Below are positions 12,351 through 25,654 of a stretch of 64,000 bases of DNA, piece by piece. The DNA lies in the NCBI GenBank assembly GCA_951406725.2, contig OX597842.1:1178001-1242000 (forward strand). The letters are read 5' to 3'. A program made the position numbers and the translations under genes. Origin of the DNA: Octopus vulgaris (taxonomy: Eukaryota). The notes beneath the pieces were generated by a model. It did no database searches. It saw only the letters and a list, made by a program, of their open reading frames with translations, and was not told where the DNA came from. Positions within the stretch are counted from its first letter, which is position 1. Every line of letters begins with the position of its first letter.

Positions 12351-13034
12351 AGAACGAAAAAATGGAGAGAGAATTAAAAAATGGAGGGAGAACAAAAGAA
12401 TGGAGAGAATGAGAAAAGATGTCTAATCTAGTGATCTAGCTTCACTTAAGGGGTGGTTATCTCCCCTCTTGGTATATGTAAATATGCTTTCTTGCAGCTC
12501 TAAGGGTGTTTAACTCTTATTTCTATCAATATAGGCACTACTCAGCAGCCTCAATCACAATTGGAGACAATTGAACTTTTCCTTTTTGGTTACATATTGT
12601 GTATAGCTGTCTTCATTATTATCTCTCTCGCTCTCTCTACCTCAATACATCTGACTAATATGGGCATAATGAGATACTCTTATCTACAGGCTGAAACAGC
12701 TGTAAGATCCATTTTATATGTATTATTCTTATGGTATAATGTTACTTATTGATGTATATTGTTTTATTCTGTCTTATTCTGTTGGATTTGGATGTTCCTA
12801 TTTAATCTAAATAATTAGTTGATAAATTATATGAATTGGTATTATCTGGTAGTTGATGATTGAAAGGAATCTATTCCTCCATTTTCTTATTTTATATATG
12901 TATATATATATATACTCATTACAGATATAGGGTAATTAATTTAATAATTAATAAATTTTACTAAGTAGTTTCGGTATAGAAAAAGAACCATTGTCGGAAG
13001 AAAACTTTTACAAAAAGTTTTTATATATATAATA

Positions 13035-13310
13035 ATAAATATAATTAAGGGTTTAGCAACAAGTTGCTTCACCACATACCGAAAATTTAGAAATAGTAGC
13101 CAAAGACAGCGAATTCCTTTTCACTACAGATATGACTCCAGATAACAATATCTGTAACTCATTTGTAACAATATTTGCAGCTCAGTTACAAATATTGTTA
13201 TCTGTGGAGTCATATCTGTAGTGAAAAGGAATTAGCTGTCTTTGGCTGCTATTTCTAAATTTTCGGTATGTGGTGAAGCTACTTGTTGCTAAACCCTTAA
13301 TTATATTTAT
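13035..13310. mobile_element. Fold-back element with ~120-bp inverted arms
   Basis: ATAAATATAATTAAGGGTTTAGCAACAAG...GACTCCA is mirrored by TGGAGTC...CTTGTTGCTAAACCCTTAATTATATTTAT. Confidence 0.85.
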
Positions 13311-13318
13311 AAATACAT

Positions 13319-13371
<53 letters not shown>

Positions 13372-13463
13372 TAATCCAAACAAGAAAGCACAAAAAACAC
13401 AACGCGAGGACGTGGAACAAATATAGTATTATATGACGCTCAGGAAAGAAAGAAAGAAGGAGG

Positions 13464-13498
13464 GTTTAACGTTTCGAGCGGAGTTCTTCGTCAGAAAC
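13464..13498 (-). ncRNA. Minimal type I hammerhead ribozyme motif (Penelope-like element remnant)
   Basis: Minus strand reads GUUU-CUGACGA-A-GAAC-UCC-GCUC-GAAACGUU-AAAC: intact CUGANGA/GAAA core, stem I GUUU/AAAC, palindromic ACGU stem III, GUU triplet, one stem II mismatch. Confidence 0.7.
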
Positions 13499-13561
13499 AT
13501 AGGAGAAGGAAAGATCCAGAGAAGGGAAGACAGAGGAAAAAAAAAATATATATATATATAT

Positions 13562-13625
<64 letters not shown>

Positions 13626-14219
13626 CTCATGGCCTTTATTCCTGATTTCTCTCTCTCCTTTTCTCCACCCCTTGGCCAGGTAACCTTTTAGTTCCTCTAC
13701 AGCAATACACCTGATTCTGCCTCTCTGTCTCACTATAACCTTTCATCATCTGACACAAGATCACCTCCTCCAATGTCTCCACCCCTCTTGAAAGTTTTTT
13801 TTTTGTCATGCAAGTAGTTGGTGACCCCCATCAGTGCAGGTACCACTTAAAAGCACTCAGTCAATACCTGTTAAGTGGTTGGTGTTAGGAAGGGCACCTA
13901 GCTATAAAAATCATGCCAAAACAGTCACAGAAGTCTGGTGCAGCTTCTGTCTGGCCGGCTCCTGTCAAACTGTTGCACCCATGCTACCATGGAAGGTGGA
14001 CAGTAAACAATGATGACCATATATATATATATATATATATATCCATCCATCTATCTACCTATATATTTCTACCTATCTACATGTAAATCTGTATTTCTCA
14101 TACCCTCTCCCTCTCTTTCTGTGCATGTGTGTGCTTATGTGTGTGTGTGTGTGTGCATGTGTACAATTATTTTAACCTTCTTTTATATGCACACATACAT
14201 ACACACACTCACACAAACA

Positions 14220-14252
<33 letters not shown>

Positions 14253-14664
14253 CAAAAGGATGTGTACACTATTCCACATATACAAAAACAGCCATAGCAA
14301 TGATATATATATATATATTGTTGCTATGATACAAAAGTGTTGTAACAAAACATTGCTTATTCAGAAAACGAAAAATAGTTTCCCCATTCCATAGCAAAAT
14401 CGTTGTACTACACTTTGACAATTTTTGATATCTTAGCATCTGAAGTAGCTGGAGATACGATAATTTGACCAAAAGAACCAGCTACTCTAAGCAAGAATAA
14501 ATATTGTAAAATACCTATTTGGTCAAATTTGGACATACGACAGTTTAACACAACAGCAATGATACATACACATACATACATAAACACACATATACATCCA
14601 TACATAAATAAATACACATATACATACAAACCTACCCACACATACATATGCACATACATACACA

Positions 14665-15290
14665 TGTTAGAAGCCATAACCACTCATAATAAAAAGGAAC
14701 AGTGGTGGAATGTCCCAGTGAAGACCTCAATAAAATGCAAGCACAAGAGACCCGATATAATGATTTGGGATAGAGAAGAGAAACTGTGCACAGCTGGGGA
14801 AATCAGCTGCCCAGCAGATGTTAACATAAAGCTAAATATTAGTGAAAAAGAGAATACCTACACTGAACTATTGAAGAATCTACAGTTACTCTATCCAGAT
14901 TACAAGTTCAGGTTTTATACCTGTAATTATTGGGGCCCTGGGATATGTAACACACTGCCTGAATAGCAATCTTGAGAAATTAGGCTTCTCAAAACTAGAA
15001 AGAAGAAAGCTGATTCAAAGACTACAGATCCAATCCATCACTGGAACTGTAAAAATCTGCAAAACTTTCCAGGAGTTTATCATTTAAATATATATGAACA
15101 GGTCTAGATATGTAACTATATGCATGAGAATACAATACATAAAACATACAAATCTGCACATATACATATATACATACAAAAATACCCTGTTTATATTGTT
15201 GAAATTTCAATGAAGGAAACTTGGATCAAGGTTAGAAACCAGCTCTTTCTTAAATGGGAAAACAAAATCTTGAAATAAAACTGGATGATG
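14665..15290 (+). pseudogene. R4/Dong-like non-LTR 3' fragment (RLE domain + 3' UTR); second 3'-end copy at ~15295-15595
   Basis: WWNVPVKTSIKCKHKRPDIMIWDREEKLCTAGEISCP...EKENTY: RPD..E..P motif, followed by a frameshift. Confidence 0.85.
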
Positions 15291-16214
15291 ACATACAGAG
15301 ATTCAAGTGATCACTGAAACTATAAATTTGTAAAACTTTCTAGAAGTTTATTGTTTAAATACATATGAGTATGTCTAGATATGTAAATATATATAGCATG
15401 AGAATACATACTCAAAACAAACAAATTTGCACATACATAAATACATACATACATACCTCCATACATACATACATACATACAAACAAAAATGCTCCGTTGT
15501 TGATGTTGAAATTCCAATGAAGGAACCTGGGATCTAGGTTAGAAACCGGTTCTTTCTCCTTTGGCGAGAAACCTTGAAATAGACTGAATAATAACATACA
15601 TACACATAAACATACATACATACAGTAGGTGTAGGAGTGGCTGTGTGGTAAGTAGCTTCCTTATGAACCACATGGTTCCAGGTTCAGTCACAGTGTGGCA
15701 CCTTGGGCAAGTGTCTTCTATTATAGCCTCGAGCTGACCAAAGCCTTGTGAGTGGATTTGATAAACGGAAACTGAAAGAATCCCTTTATATATATGTGTA
15801 TATGTTTGAGTGTCTGTGTTTGTCTCCCCAACATCGCTTGACAATCGATGGTGATGAGTTTATGTCCCTGTAACTTAGCAGTTCAGCAAAAGAGACCAAT
15901 AGAATAAGTACTAGGCTTACAAAGAATAAATCCTGGGGATCGATTTGCTCGACTAAAGGCAGTGCTCCAGCATTGCCACAGTCAAATGACTGAAACAAGT
16001 AAAAGAGCGTAAAAGAGATATATATACATACAATCATACATACATACATATGCATGCATCTGTGTGTGTGTATACACACACACAAACACACGCATACATA
16101 TTTTTCCCTCCCATGCACTCTCTCTCTCTCTCTCTCTACCTCACTTTTTCCCTCCTCCTCACTAGGTTCTCTTTTCTCTCTATCACAATCTATCAATCAC
16201 TCCCCCCCTTCCCT

Positions 16215-17060
16215 GCAACTACCACCACCACCACCACCACCACCACCACCACAACTGCCACCACAACTGCCACCACCACCACAACCACCACCACCACCAC
16301 TACCACCACCACCACCACCACCACCACCACTACCACCACCACCGCCGCCGTCGTGTCACTGTCTTCTTTGCAAACAAAAAGACAGATTTAAGACGTAAGT
16401 CTGCCAGAAGGTGTCGCTGCTGGTGTCACTGTTGAAAATTCCCAGAAGGTTCCATCGAAAGCTGAAATACAATTAGTGTGGATATAAATCATAGGTATGT
16501 ACACCACCACCACCAACACAACCACCACCACCACTACAACCATCACCACTACAACCATCACTACATCACCACCACCACTACTACAACTACCATCACTACT
16601 ACAACCATCACTACACACCACCACCACTACCACAACCACCATCACCACTACAATCATCACTACATAACCACCACTACTATAACTACCACTACCACCATCA
16701 CCACTATAACCACCACCACCATCACTACTACAACCATAACTACATCACCACCACTACTACTTCAACCACTACTACCACCATCACGACTAGAACCACCACC
16801 ACTGCAACCATCACTACCACCATTACCATTACCTCCATGACAACCACTACCACCACCACCATAATCACTACCATCACCACCACCATCATCACTACCATCA
16901 CTGCTACCAACACCATCATCACTTCCACCACATCTACCACCAATACCACAATAATCACCATCAGCAAAAACACCACCACCACCGCCATCATCATCATCAT
17001 CATCTCTATCAAAACTACAACCACTACAGCTGCTGCTGCAACTACTACTATAACTACTAC
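16215..17060. repeat. (ACC/ACT/ATC)n trinucleotide tracts enclosing a ~150-bp unique island (16345-16496)
   Basis: Read directly from the sequence. Confidence 0.85.
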
Positions 17061-17263
17061 TTCTGCTAAAAGTAATGTAAATACATTTTCGTTGGCTTCA
17101 TCTGCAGTGAGAAGACTTTACAGGTTCAAATACCTCTGAAATACATCTGAACTGGTATCAAGTTTCTCTATCTTTGTCACTACTTTGTGCATCTTCTCAT
17201 CACAGTTTTGGAATCTACCAACATCAGCTAGGTTTAGTTAATACCAATAATATGGACTTATCA

Positions 17264-17942
17264 CAGTGCTTCCCAAAGTGAGCAGTATTGTCCCTTGGAA
17301 GTGGTGGAAAGTTCCAAGGGTTTACTCTTTTACTCTTTTATTTGTTTCAGTCATTTGACTGTGGCCATACTGGAGCACTGCCTTTAGTCAAATAAATCAA
17401 CACCCAGGACTTATTCTTTGTAAGCCTAGTACTTATTCTATTGGTTTTTTTTTTGCTGAACTGCTAAGTTACAGGGGTGTAAACACACCAGCATCAGTTG
17501 TCAAGCGATGCTGGGGGGACAAACACAGACACAGAAACACATACATACACATACATATATATGATGGGCTTCTTTCAGTTTCCATCTACCAAATCCACTC
17601 ACAAGGCTTTGGTCAGCCCGAGGCTATAGTAGAAGACACCTGCCCTAGGTGCCATGCAGTGGGATTGAACTGGGAACCATGTGGTTGGTAAGCAAACTAC
17701 TTACCGCACAGCCACTCCTGTTGAAGAAAAGTGGGGGGGGGGGGCGGATAATAGGGGTAGAGATTAATGTAAAAACAACAAAATAATGGGTTTGTTAGGT
17801 TAAGTTTTATTTGTGAAATACAGTTGCTTTGAATTTGCTTCAGAAAGAGGTCTACCTATGTGATGGTCAGTGGAGTGGGGGTACTAGGGATGTGGCCTGG
17901 GGGTCAAGGAGGCAGTGGCTCAAAAAAGTTCGGGACATACTG
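17264..17942. mobile_element. Decayed hAT-type MITE carrying a nested SINE-A (17322-17720, minus)
   Basis: Ends CAGTGCTTCCCAAAGT and AAAGTTCGGGACATACTG resemble hAT/Charlie TIRs. Confidence 0.55.
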
Positions 17943-18162
17943 ATTTACTATATAACTGTTCCAGGAGAATACTAGCATACTCCATAACCATTCAGAGCAG
18001 ACATAGGTGTGGCTGGATGGTAAGAAGCTTGCTTCCCAACTACATGATTTCAGGTTAAGTCCCACTGTATGGAAACTTGGGCAAATGCCTCAGGCAGGTC
18101 AAAGCCTTGTGAGTGGAGTTGCTTGACAGGAACTAAATGAAGCCATTATATATATATATATG

Positions 18163-18468
18163 TGGAGGCACAATGGCCTAGTGGTTAGGGCAGCGGACTC
18201 GTGGTCGGAGGATCGCGGTTTCGATTCCCGGACCGGGCGTTGTGAGTGTTTATTGAGCGAAAACACCTAAAAGCACCACGAGGCTCCGGCAGGGAGTGGT
18301 GATCCCTGCTGTACTCTTTCGCCACAGTTTTCTCCCACTCTTTCTTCTGTTAGCCTGCTCGCTTAGCCAGCGGGGTGGCGTCATTCGAAGGCTAAACCAA
18401 TGTGAAGCGCATTGTGACCAGCGATGTGTAGCAACATCTGATGGTCTGGTCGATCACGTGATCACGTA
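18163..18468 (+). mobile_element. Young CpG-rich tRNA-derived SINE (third family) nested in SINE-A; related fragment at 29460-29820 (-)
   Basis: TGGCCTAGTGGTTAGG A-box and GGTTTCGATTCCC B-box; ends in GATCACGTGATCACGT; body GTGTTTATTGAGCGAAAACACCTAA is shared with ~29790. Confidence 0.85.
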
Positions 18469-18849
18469 ATATATATGTGCATGACACCTTGGGCAAGTGT
18501 CTTCTACTATAACCTTGTGCTGACCAAAGCCTTGTGAGTGCATTTGATAGACGAAATCTTCTTTAACTACTAGGCCATATGCCTCCACATGTATGTATGT
18601 ATATATATATATATATACATTTGTGTGCGATATATATTTATAAATGTAGATATATATATGTATATATATGTATATATACATATATGTGTATATATATGTG
18701 TGTATGTATATATAACATTTGAAAGTCACAGAGAGAAAGCAAATATGGAAGTCTCTTAGTCATTTCTCAGTCAACTTGTTTATATATATAAATGTCGCTT
18801 TAAACTGGAGACTATATATATTATTATTATTATGATATATTATTATAGT

Positions 18850-19540
<691 letters not shown>

Positions 19541-19871
19541 ATAGGTTTACTCGAAACACAAAAAACTATCTTTCTTTCCTTCCCTGAGCGTCTGCTAATT
19601 CTTTGCATGTACCACGTCCTCGCGTTGTTTTCTTTTTCCTGTTTGTTCTTCGTTTTTCTTTTTAGTTCCTATATATTTTATGAACCTTCAGCTTTTAATA
19701 TGCTAGACCACTGGTTCTAAGTGGACATTAATCAAATTAATATTCAATTTTTCACCCTCATTTAAAATTATATACATTAAAATCTGAAGGTTCAGAAAAT
19801 TATATTACATATATATATATATATACGTTTATATATTATTGGCTAAACTGGCAAAATGACCATTCCGAAAT

Positions 19872-19899
<28 letters not shown>

Positions 19900-19912
<13 letters not shown>

Positions 19913-20645
19913 TGAGAATGTGTGTCTGTCTGTGTGTCTGTCTGTGTGTTTCCCTAAAACTTGAGAACTACACAACCAATTTCATTCAAATTTTACACAT
20001 GCCTTACTTAGGGTCCATGTAGTTTCATGGGCAAAAAAAAAATGTTCAACTTCTTGCCTAGAGCGAGCCCATAGCAATATCATATCTTCTCCACTATTTC
20101 AGTATTACGTGTTAAAAGTGAAACAAAAACATTTCTCTAATTTATGTCAGATACTTTCACTTTAACAATAAAAATAATAATAACAATTGAATTATATGTA
20201 GTAACAATTAAAATCAAACTAAAGTATAATATAATAATAACATAACAAAAGTAAAAATAGCAATTGGTATAAAATTGCATCAATGACTTGAACTTGAATA
20301 AGTGGTTTCACATGAATGGGAATAAATTAAAAATAAAATTAGCGTGCAGAAATGGAATAGTCCAGATGGAGCTGCGCTTTTACATTAGATTATCTGCTAA
20401 TTAGCTAGCATTAAGTATCTATATGAAGTTTGGCTGTATGTAATTACAGTCTGTTATATATTTTGAGTATTGTTATCACTAGCGATATAAAGATATAACT
20501 TTGTATTTTGTATTTTATGTGTACATGTGTACATGTATATAGATGTACATGTAATATGTACACATATATATACACATATATACATGCACTAGCACTATGA
20601 CCCAGCAACGACTATGACCCGTCGTTGCTGGGTCATAGTGCTAGT
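19900..20645 (+). mobile_element. Non-autonomous Helitron/Helentron-like element
   Basis: 5' TATATAAAA followed by a (GTCT)n microsatellite; 3' hairpin ending CTAG|T. These are hallmarks of HINE/DINE-1-like rolling-circle elements. Confidence 0.65.
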
Positions 20646-20757
20646 ATATATGTATATATATATATATTTATATGTGTGTGTGTATGTGTGTATATATATG
20701 CGTATATATATATATATATATATATATAAATGTAAAAACTTATGTATATATATATAT

Positions 20758-21130
20758 ACTAGCAGTATCGCCCGGCGTTGCTCGGGTTTGTAAGGAAATA
20801 ACTATAAAGCATTTTTAGAGAGTTATAGCCAAAAAATGGGAAAAAAATGATGGTAAATTTTTTTTTTTAGTTAAAAAGGTCGAGTTGCGTCCCCTAGACA
20901 GTCTGTGGTTTGTGTTTCTAATTCTCGACCCCATATCGAATTTATCGATTTTTTTCAGAACTGGGGGAACTTTTCAAACTTTTCGCTGCGTTAGTTTTGA
21001 ATTATGACATTGGGCTATGTGTGTGTCAAGTTTCATCAGAATCGGTTGAACGCCGTGGTCAGGGTGAGGGTACAACCTAACAGACACACAGAAACACACA
21101 CAGACAAACTGCCGTTTATATAGAGAGAGA
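20758..21130 (-). mobile_element. Non-autonomous Helitron/Helentron-like element, opposite orientation
   Basis: Minus-strand 3' end CCCGAGCAACGCCGGGCGATACTGCTAGT (hairpin + CTAG); (GTCT/GT)n near the 5' end. Confidence 0.65.
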
Positions 21131-21509
21131 AGAGATATATATAAATGTAAAAGCTTACTGTTGACAAAGGCTGTGTGGCGTTCAATTATAAGTAATTAAA
21201 AATACACATTAAGTACAGGACATCACCAGCGAGTGGAAAATATATAAACACACAACAGATAAGTAGAGGACAAGTGCAAGAAATTACGCAATTACAGGAT
21301 ATCACCCACGTTAAAAATATGTAAACACATGGAGATAAGAACAGGGCAATTTACTAAAGGATGTCCGACTCCTCCTCAGTTGTCAAATGTTTATTACTGT
21401 TTTGATCTTTCAATGACAAGACAGGAAAACTTCATAAGACAGCAGGGTCCAGAAATTTTTAAATTATAAAATTTATGGAGGGTTAAGTTTTATATATATA
21501 TATATATAC

Positions 21510-21728
21510 TTTCTCTCTTTTACTTGTTGCAGTCATTTGACTGCGGCCATGCTGGAGCACCGCCTTTAGTCAAGCAACTCGATCGTGGGACTTATTCTTT
21601 GTAAGCCCAGTACTTATTATATCGGTCTCTTTTGCCGAACCGCTAAGTGACGGGGACATAAACACACCAGCATCGGTTGTCAAGCAATGCTAGGGGGACA
21701 AACACAGACACACACACACACATATATA

Positions 21729-21778
<50 letters not shown>

Positions 21779-21940
21779 CGACGGTCTTCTTTCAGTATCC
21801 ATCTACCAAATAAACACACAAGACAGTGGTCGGCCTGGGGCTATAGTAGACATTTGCCCAAGGTGCCACGCAGTGGGACTGAACCCAGAACCATGTGGTT
21901 GGTAAAGAAGCTACTTACCACACAGCCACTCCTGCGCCTA
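21510..21940 (-). mobile_element. SINE-A copy; other - strand copies at 11255-11571, 25690-26098, 31880-32287, 39285-39678, 41875-42172, 48330-48640, 58516-58915, 63610-63775
   Basis: Same head, body and tail as the other SINE-A copies. Confidence 0.9.
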
Positions 21941-22775
21941 TATATATATGTATGTATGTATATATATATATATATGTGTGTGTATATATATGTATATATA
22001 TATAAACACCTTCCATGCTGCAATTGTTTTTGTTTCAGCACTCAATCTCAAATCAGGTCACTTACTATGCAACTACATCTGCAGAATATATGTGTGCGTG
22101 TGTGCATATGTGTGTCACATATATATCACACACATATTTATATATATATATATATATATCAATATATATGTGTGTGTGTATATATATGTCACATATATAT
22201 ATATCACACACACACATACGGTCATAAATGACAGAGAAATAGTTTGATGAAATTTTATTTAAACAATAAAAAAAATTCTAATATCATGACAAATTGTTTC
22301 GTAACTTAAAAACATGTAAATAATTTATACTAGAGAGAGGTAATTGTTATATTTAATAATAAATGAATTGCATGTCTTTTTTTGCTGAGTAGTATCAGAT
22401 TACTTGAATCTATTTATTGCGATTTAAATTTATTTTGCTCTAAAGATTTTATTTCCTGAGTGTTTTAATTGGTAACTCATAATGATTGAAAGAATCTATA
22501 CTGATGAATCACTAAACGATATTCCTATCCCTTGACAAGATGAAGAATTCTGATTTTGTTTTCTTGTAAAGTTAAGCCAGTAATTTAGTATTTGACCAAG
22601 ATTTACTTTCACTTGAGACCATAGCTTAAATTCTGCATGGTTCCAGGTTCAGTCCCAATGCAGGGCACCTTGGGCAAGTGTCTTCTACTAGAGTCTCAGG
22701 CCTACCAAAGCTTTGTGAGTGGCTTTAGTAGACAGAAACTGAAAGAAGACTGCTGTATATATGTATGTATGTATG

Positions 22776-22807
<32 letters not shown>

Positions 22808-22838
22808 TACAATGGGCTTCTTTCAGTTTCTGTCTACT

Positions 22839-22903
<65 letters not shown>

Positions 22904-23543
22904 CGTATGTGTATGTTTGTGTGTCTGTGTTTGTCCTGCTACCATCGCCTGACAACCAGTGTTGGTGTGTTTACGTCACTGTAATTTAGCGGTTCAGCAA
23001 AAGAAACTGATAGAATAAGTACTAGGCGTACAAAGAATAAGTCCTGGGGTCAATTTTGTTCACCTAAAGATGGTGCTCCAGCATGGCCACAGTTAAACGA
23101 ATAAAAGAATAACCCATAACTGGGACCCTGACAGGCACTACGACTCAGGGTCAGAACTGACCTGGGGACAATTGAGGTTAAGAGGTGGTTCCACACTCCT
23201 CAAAGCCCTGGAGCTCCAAAAAAAAAAAGGGTCACTACTGTCAAACAGAGCTCATTGTAAAATGCAGGACATTCGCATGTTACCATCCTTCACTAGAAAG
23301 GAAGAAAAACAATGTTGACCTCAGCACCGTTTGAACTCAAAACACAGAGGTTCAGAGCATATACTGCCACGAGGTAATTTTACCTGTTGCTCTACCGATT
23401 CAGCTATTGTACGATTTGTAGCTGATCAGGTGGCTGGCTGGCTGGGTTGTTGGTCGATCGGTCGGTGGGTTGGGTCATTTGTGTCATGGAACTCCAAGAG
23501 CCTTGATCTCCCCTGCCCGTCTCGCCTCCCCCCCACCCCAGCA

Positions 23544-23621
23544 TCAATACCTTGCACTGTAACCATGGTAACCGTATTGCTGCTCCGTGGCAGCCATCAT
23601 GGGGTTGCTCAGCATGTCATG
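23544..23621 (-). CDS. Possible short exon (HDMLSNPMMAATEQQYGYHGYSARY*), gene unknown
   Basis: Pyrimidine-rich acceptor GTCTTCTTTAATAG and GC-biased third positions in a unique island. A regulatory reading (X-box) is equally possible. Confidence 0.3.
   Translation of the reverse strand, partial: HDMLSNPMMAATEQQYGYHGYSARY
23559..23572. promoter_or_regulatory. RFX X-box-like motif GTAACCATGGTAAC
   Basis: Matches GTNRCC-N2-RGYAAC and lies in a non-repetitive island. Confidence 0.35.
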
Positions 23622-23659
23622 TCTATTAAAGAAGACGAGTGAGATAACGAGGTGGCTGT

Positions 23660-24760
23660 CATTAGAGGTGGTGGCAGTGGTGGTGGTGGTGGTGGTATGG
23701 TGGTAGTGTGGTGGTGGTGGTGTGGTGGTGGTGTGGTGGTCGTGGTGGTGGTGTGGTGGTTGTGGTGTGGTGGTGTGGTGCAAGGAGAGGAAAAAATATG
23801 ACAAGGACAATGATTATGATGATGATGCTGATGATGATGATGAAGATGATGATGATGATGATGATAATGCTGATGATGATGACTGACATAAAAATGATGA
23901 TGATGATAACAGTGATGGTGATGATGCTGATGATAATGATGGTCGTGGTGATCGTAGTGGGGTTAATGATGAGGATGGCGATGATGATGATAATGGTGGT
24001 AGTGGTGGTAGTGATAGTGGTGATGATGATGGTAGTGGTGGTGGTGTTTTTGGTGGTGGTGTTGATGGTGGTGGTGGTGATGATTGAGATAATTATGAAG
24101 TGTTGGTGATGATGGTGATGGTGGTTGTGAGGTTGGTGATGATGATGGTGATGATGATGACAATTGTGGTGGTGGTAGTGATAGTGGTGATGATGATGGT
24201 AGTGGTGGTGGTGTTGGTGGTGGTGATAGTTGTGGTGGTGGTGGTGGTGTTGATGGTGGTGGTGGTGGTAGTGGTGTTGGTGTTGGTGGTGGTGATTGAG
24301 ATAATTATGAAGTGCTGGTGGTAGTGAGGTTGGTCATGATGATGACAATGGTGGTGGTGGTGGTAGTGGTGATGATGGTGGTGATGATGACACTGATGAT
24401 GATGATGCCAATGGGGATGATGATAATGATGGTGGTGATGATGATGCTGATGATGATGATGCCAATGGGGATGATGATGGTGGTGGTGATGATGATGATG
24501 CTGATGATGGCAATGGGGATGATGGTGATGGTGGTGGTGATGGTGGTGATGATGCTGATGATGATGCCAATGGGGATGAGGATGATGGTGATGGTGGGGG
24601 GTGTTGATGACGATGACATAAAAAGTGAGGTAGAGAAGGAACACAATTGCTACGACGACAACAACGATGTTAATGACGATGGCGAAGAGGAGGATGAGGA
24701 AGAGAAGAAGAAAGCCGAATCATAACAACAAACAACAATGACAACAAAGATGATGACAAC
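23660..24760. repeat. (GGT/GAT)n tract; similar tracts at 39840-40420, 43405-43970, 52860-53060
   Basis: Read directly from the sequence. Confidence 0.9.
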
Positions 24761-25005
24761 AAAAGCATGTCAAAAATAATCCAAAAAAATTATTCGTTTA
24801 TTTATTTATTTATTTCCGTTTGATTATCTCCGGCTAGTATTGATCTTACACCCACTGCCTTTGAAACGGTGGCCAGGTGGCATGGCAGGGTGGTGGTGGT
24901 GTATTTGAATGGATTTTGTTTTGATTTAACTAACTCAGTCTCTCTCTCTCTCTCTCTTCTCCCTTCCTCTCTCTGTCAACCTCTCTCTCTTTCTTCTCAC
25001 TCTTA

Positions 25006-25045
<40 letters not shown>

Positions 25046-25118
25046 CATAAATATACATATATATTGTACATATGTATATATATATACACATATACATATA
25101 TTGTATACGTGTATATAT

Positions 25119-25167
<49 letters not shown>

Positions 25168-25611
25168 GCATGGGAGTGGCTGTGTGGTAAGTAGCTTGCT
25201 AACCAACAACATGGTTCCGGGTTCAGTCCCACTGCGTGGCACCTTGGCCAAGTGTCTTCTACTATAGCCTTAGGCCGACTAAAGCCTTGTGAGTGGATTT
25301 GGTAGACGGAAACTGAAAGAAGCCCATCGTATATATGTATATATATATATGTATGTGTATGTATATGTTTGTGTGTCTGTGTTTGTCCCCCTAGCATTGC
25401 TTGACAACCGATGCTGGTGTGTTTATGTCCTCATAACTGAGCGGTTCAGGAAAACAGACCGATAGAATAAGTCATGGGGTTGATTTGCTCGACTAAAGGT
25501 GGTGCTCCAGTATGGCCGCAGTCAAATAACTGAAACAAGTAAAAGAGTAAAAGTGTAAAAGAATACACACACATTATACTTTATATGCACACACATAAGT
25601 CAGGTGTATGA

Positions 25612-25654
<43 letters not shown>

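Noticed and set aside
18163-18240. Functional tRNA gene (also SINE-A heads and 42504-42585)
   Set aside because: A/B boxes are present but run into SINE bodies, and no proper cloverleaf acceptor stem is seen.
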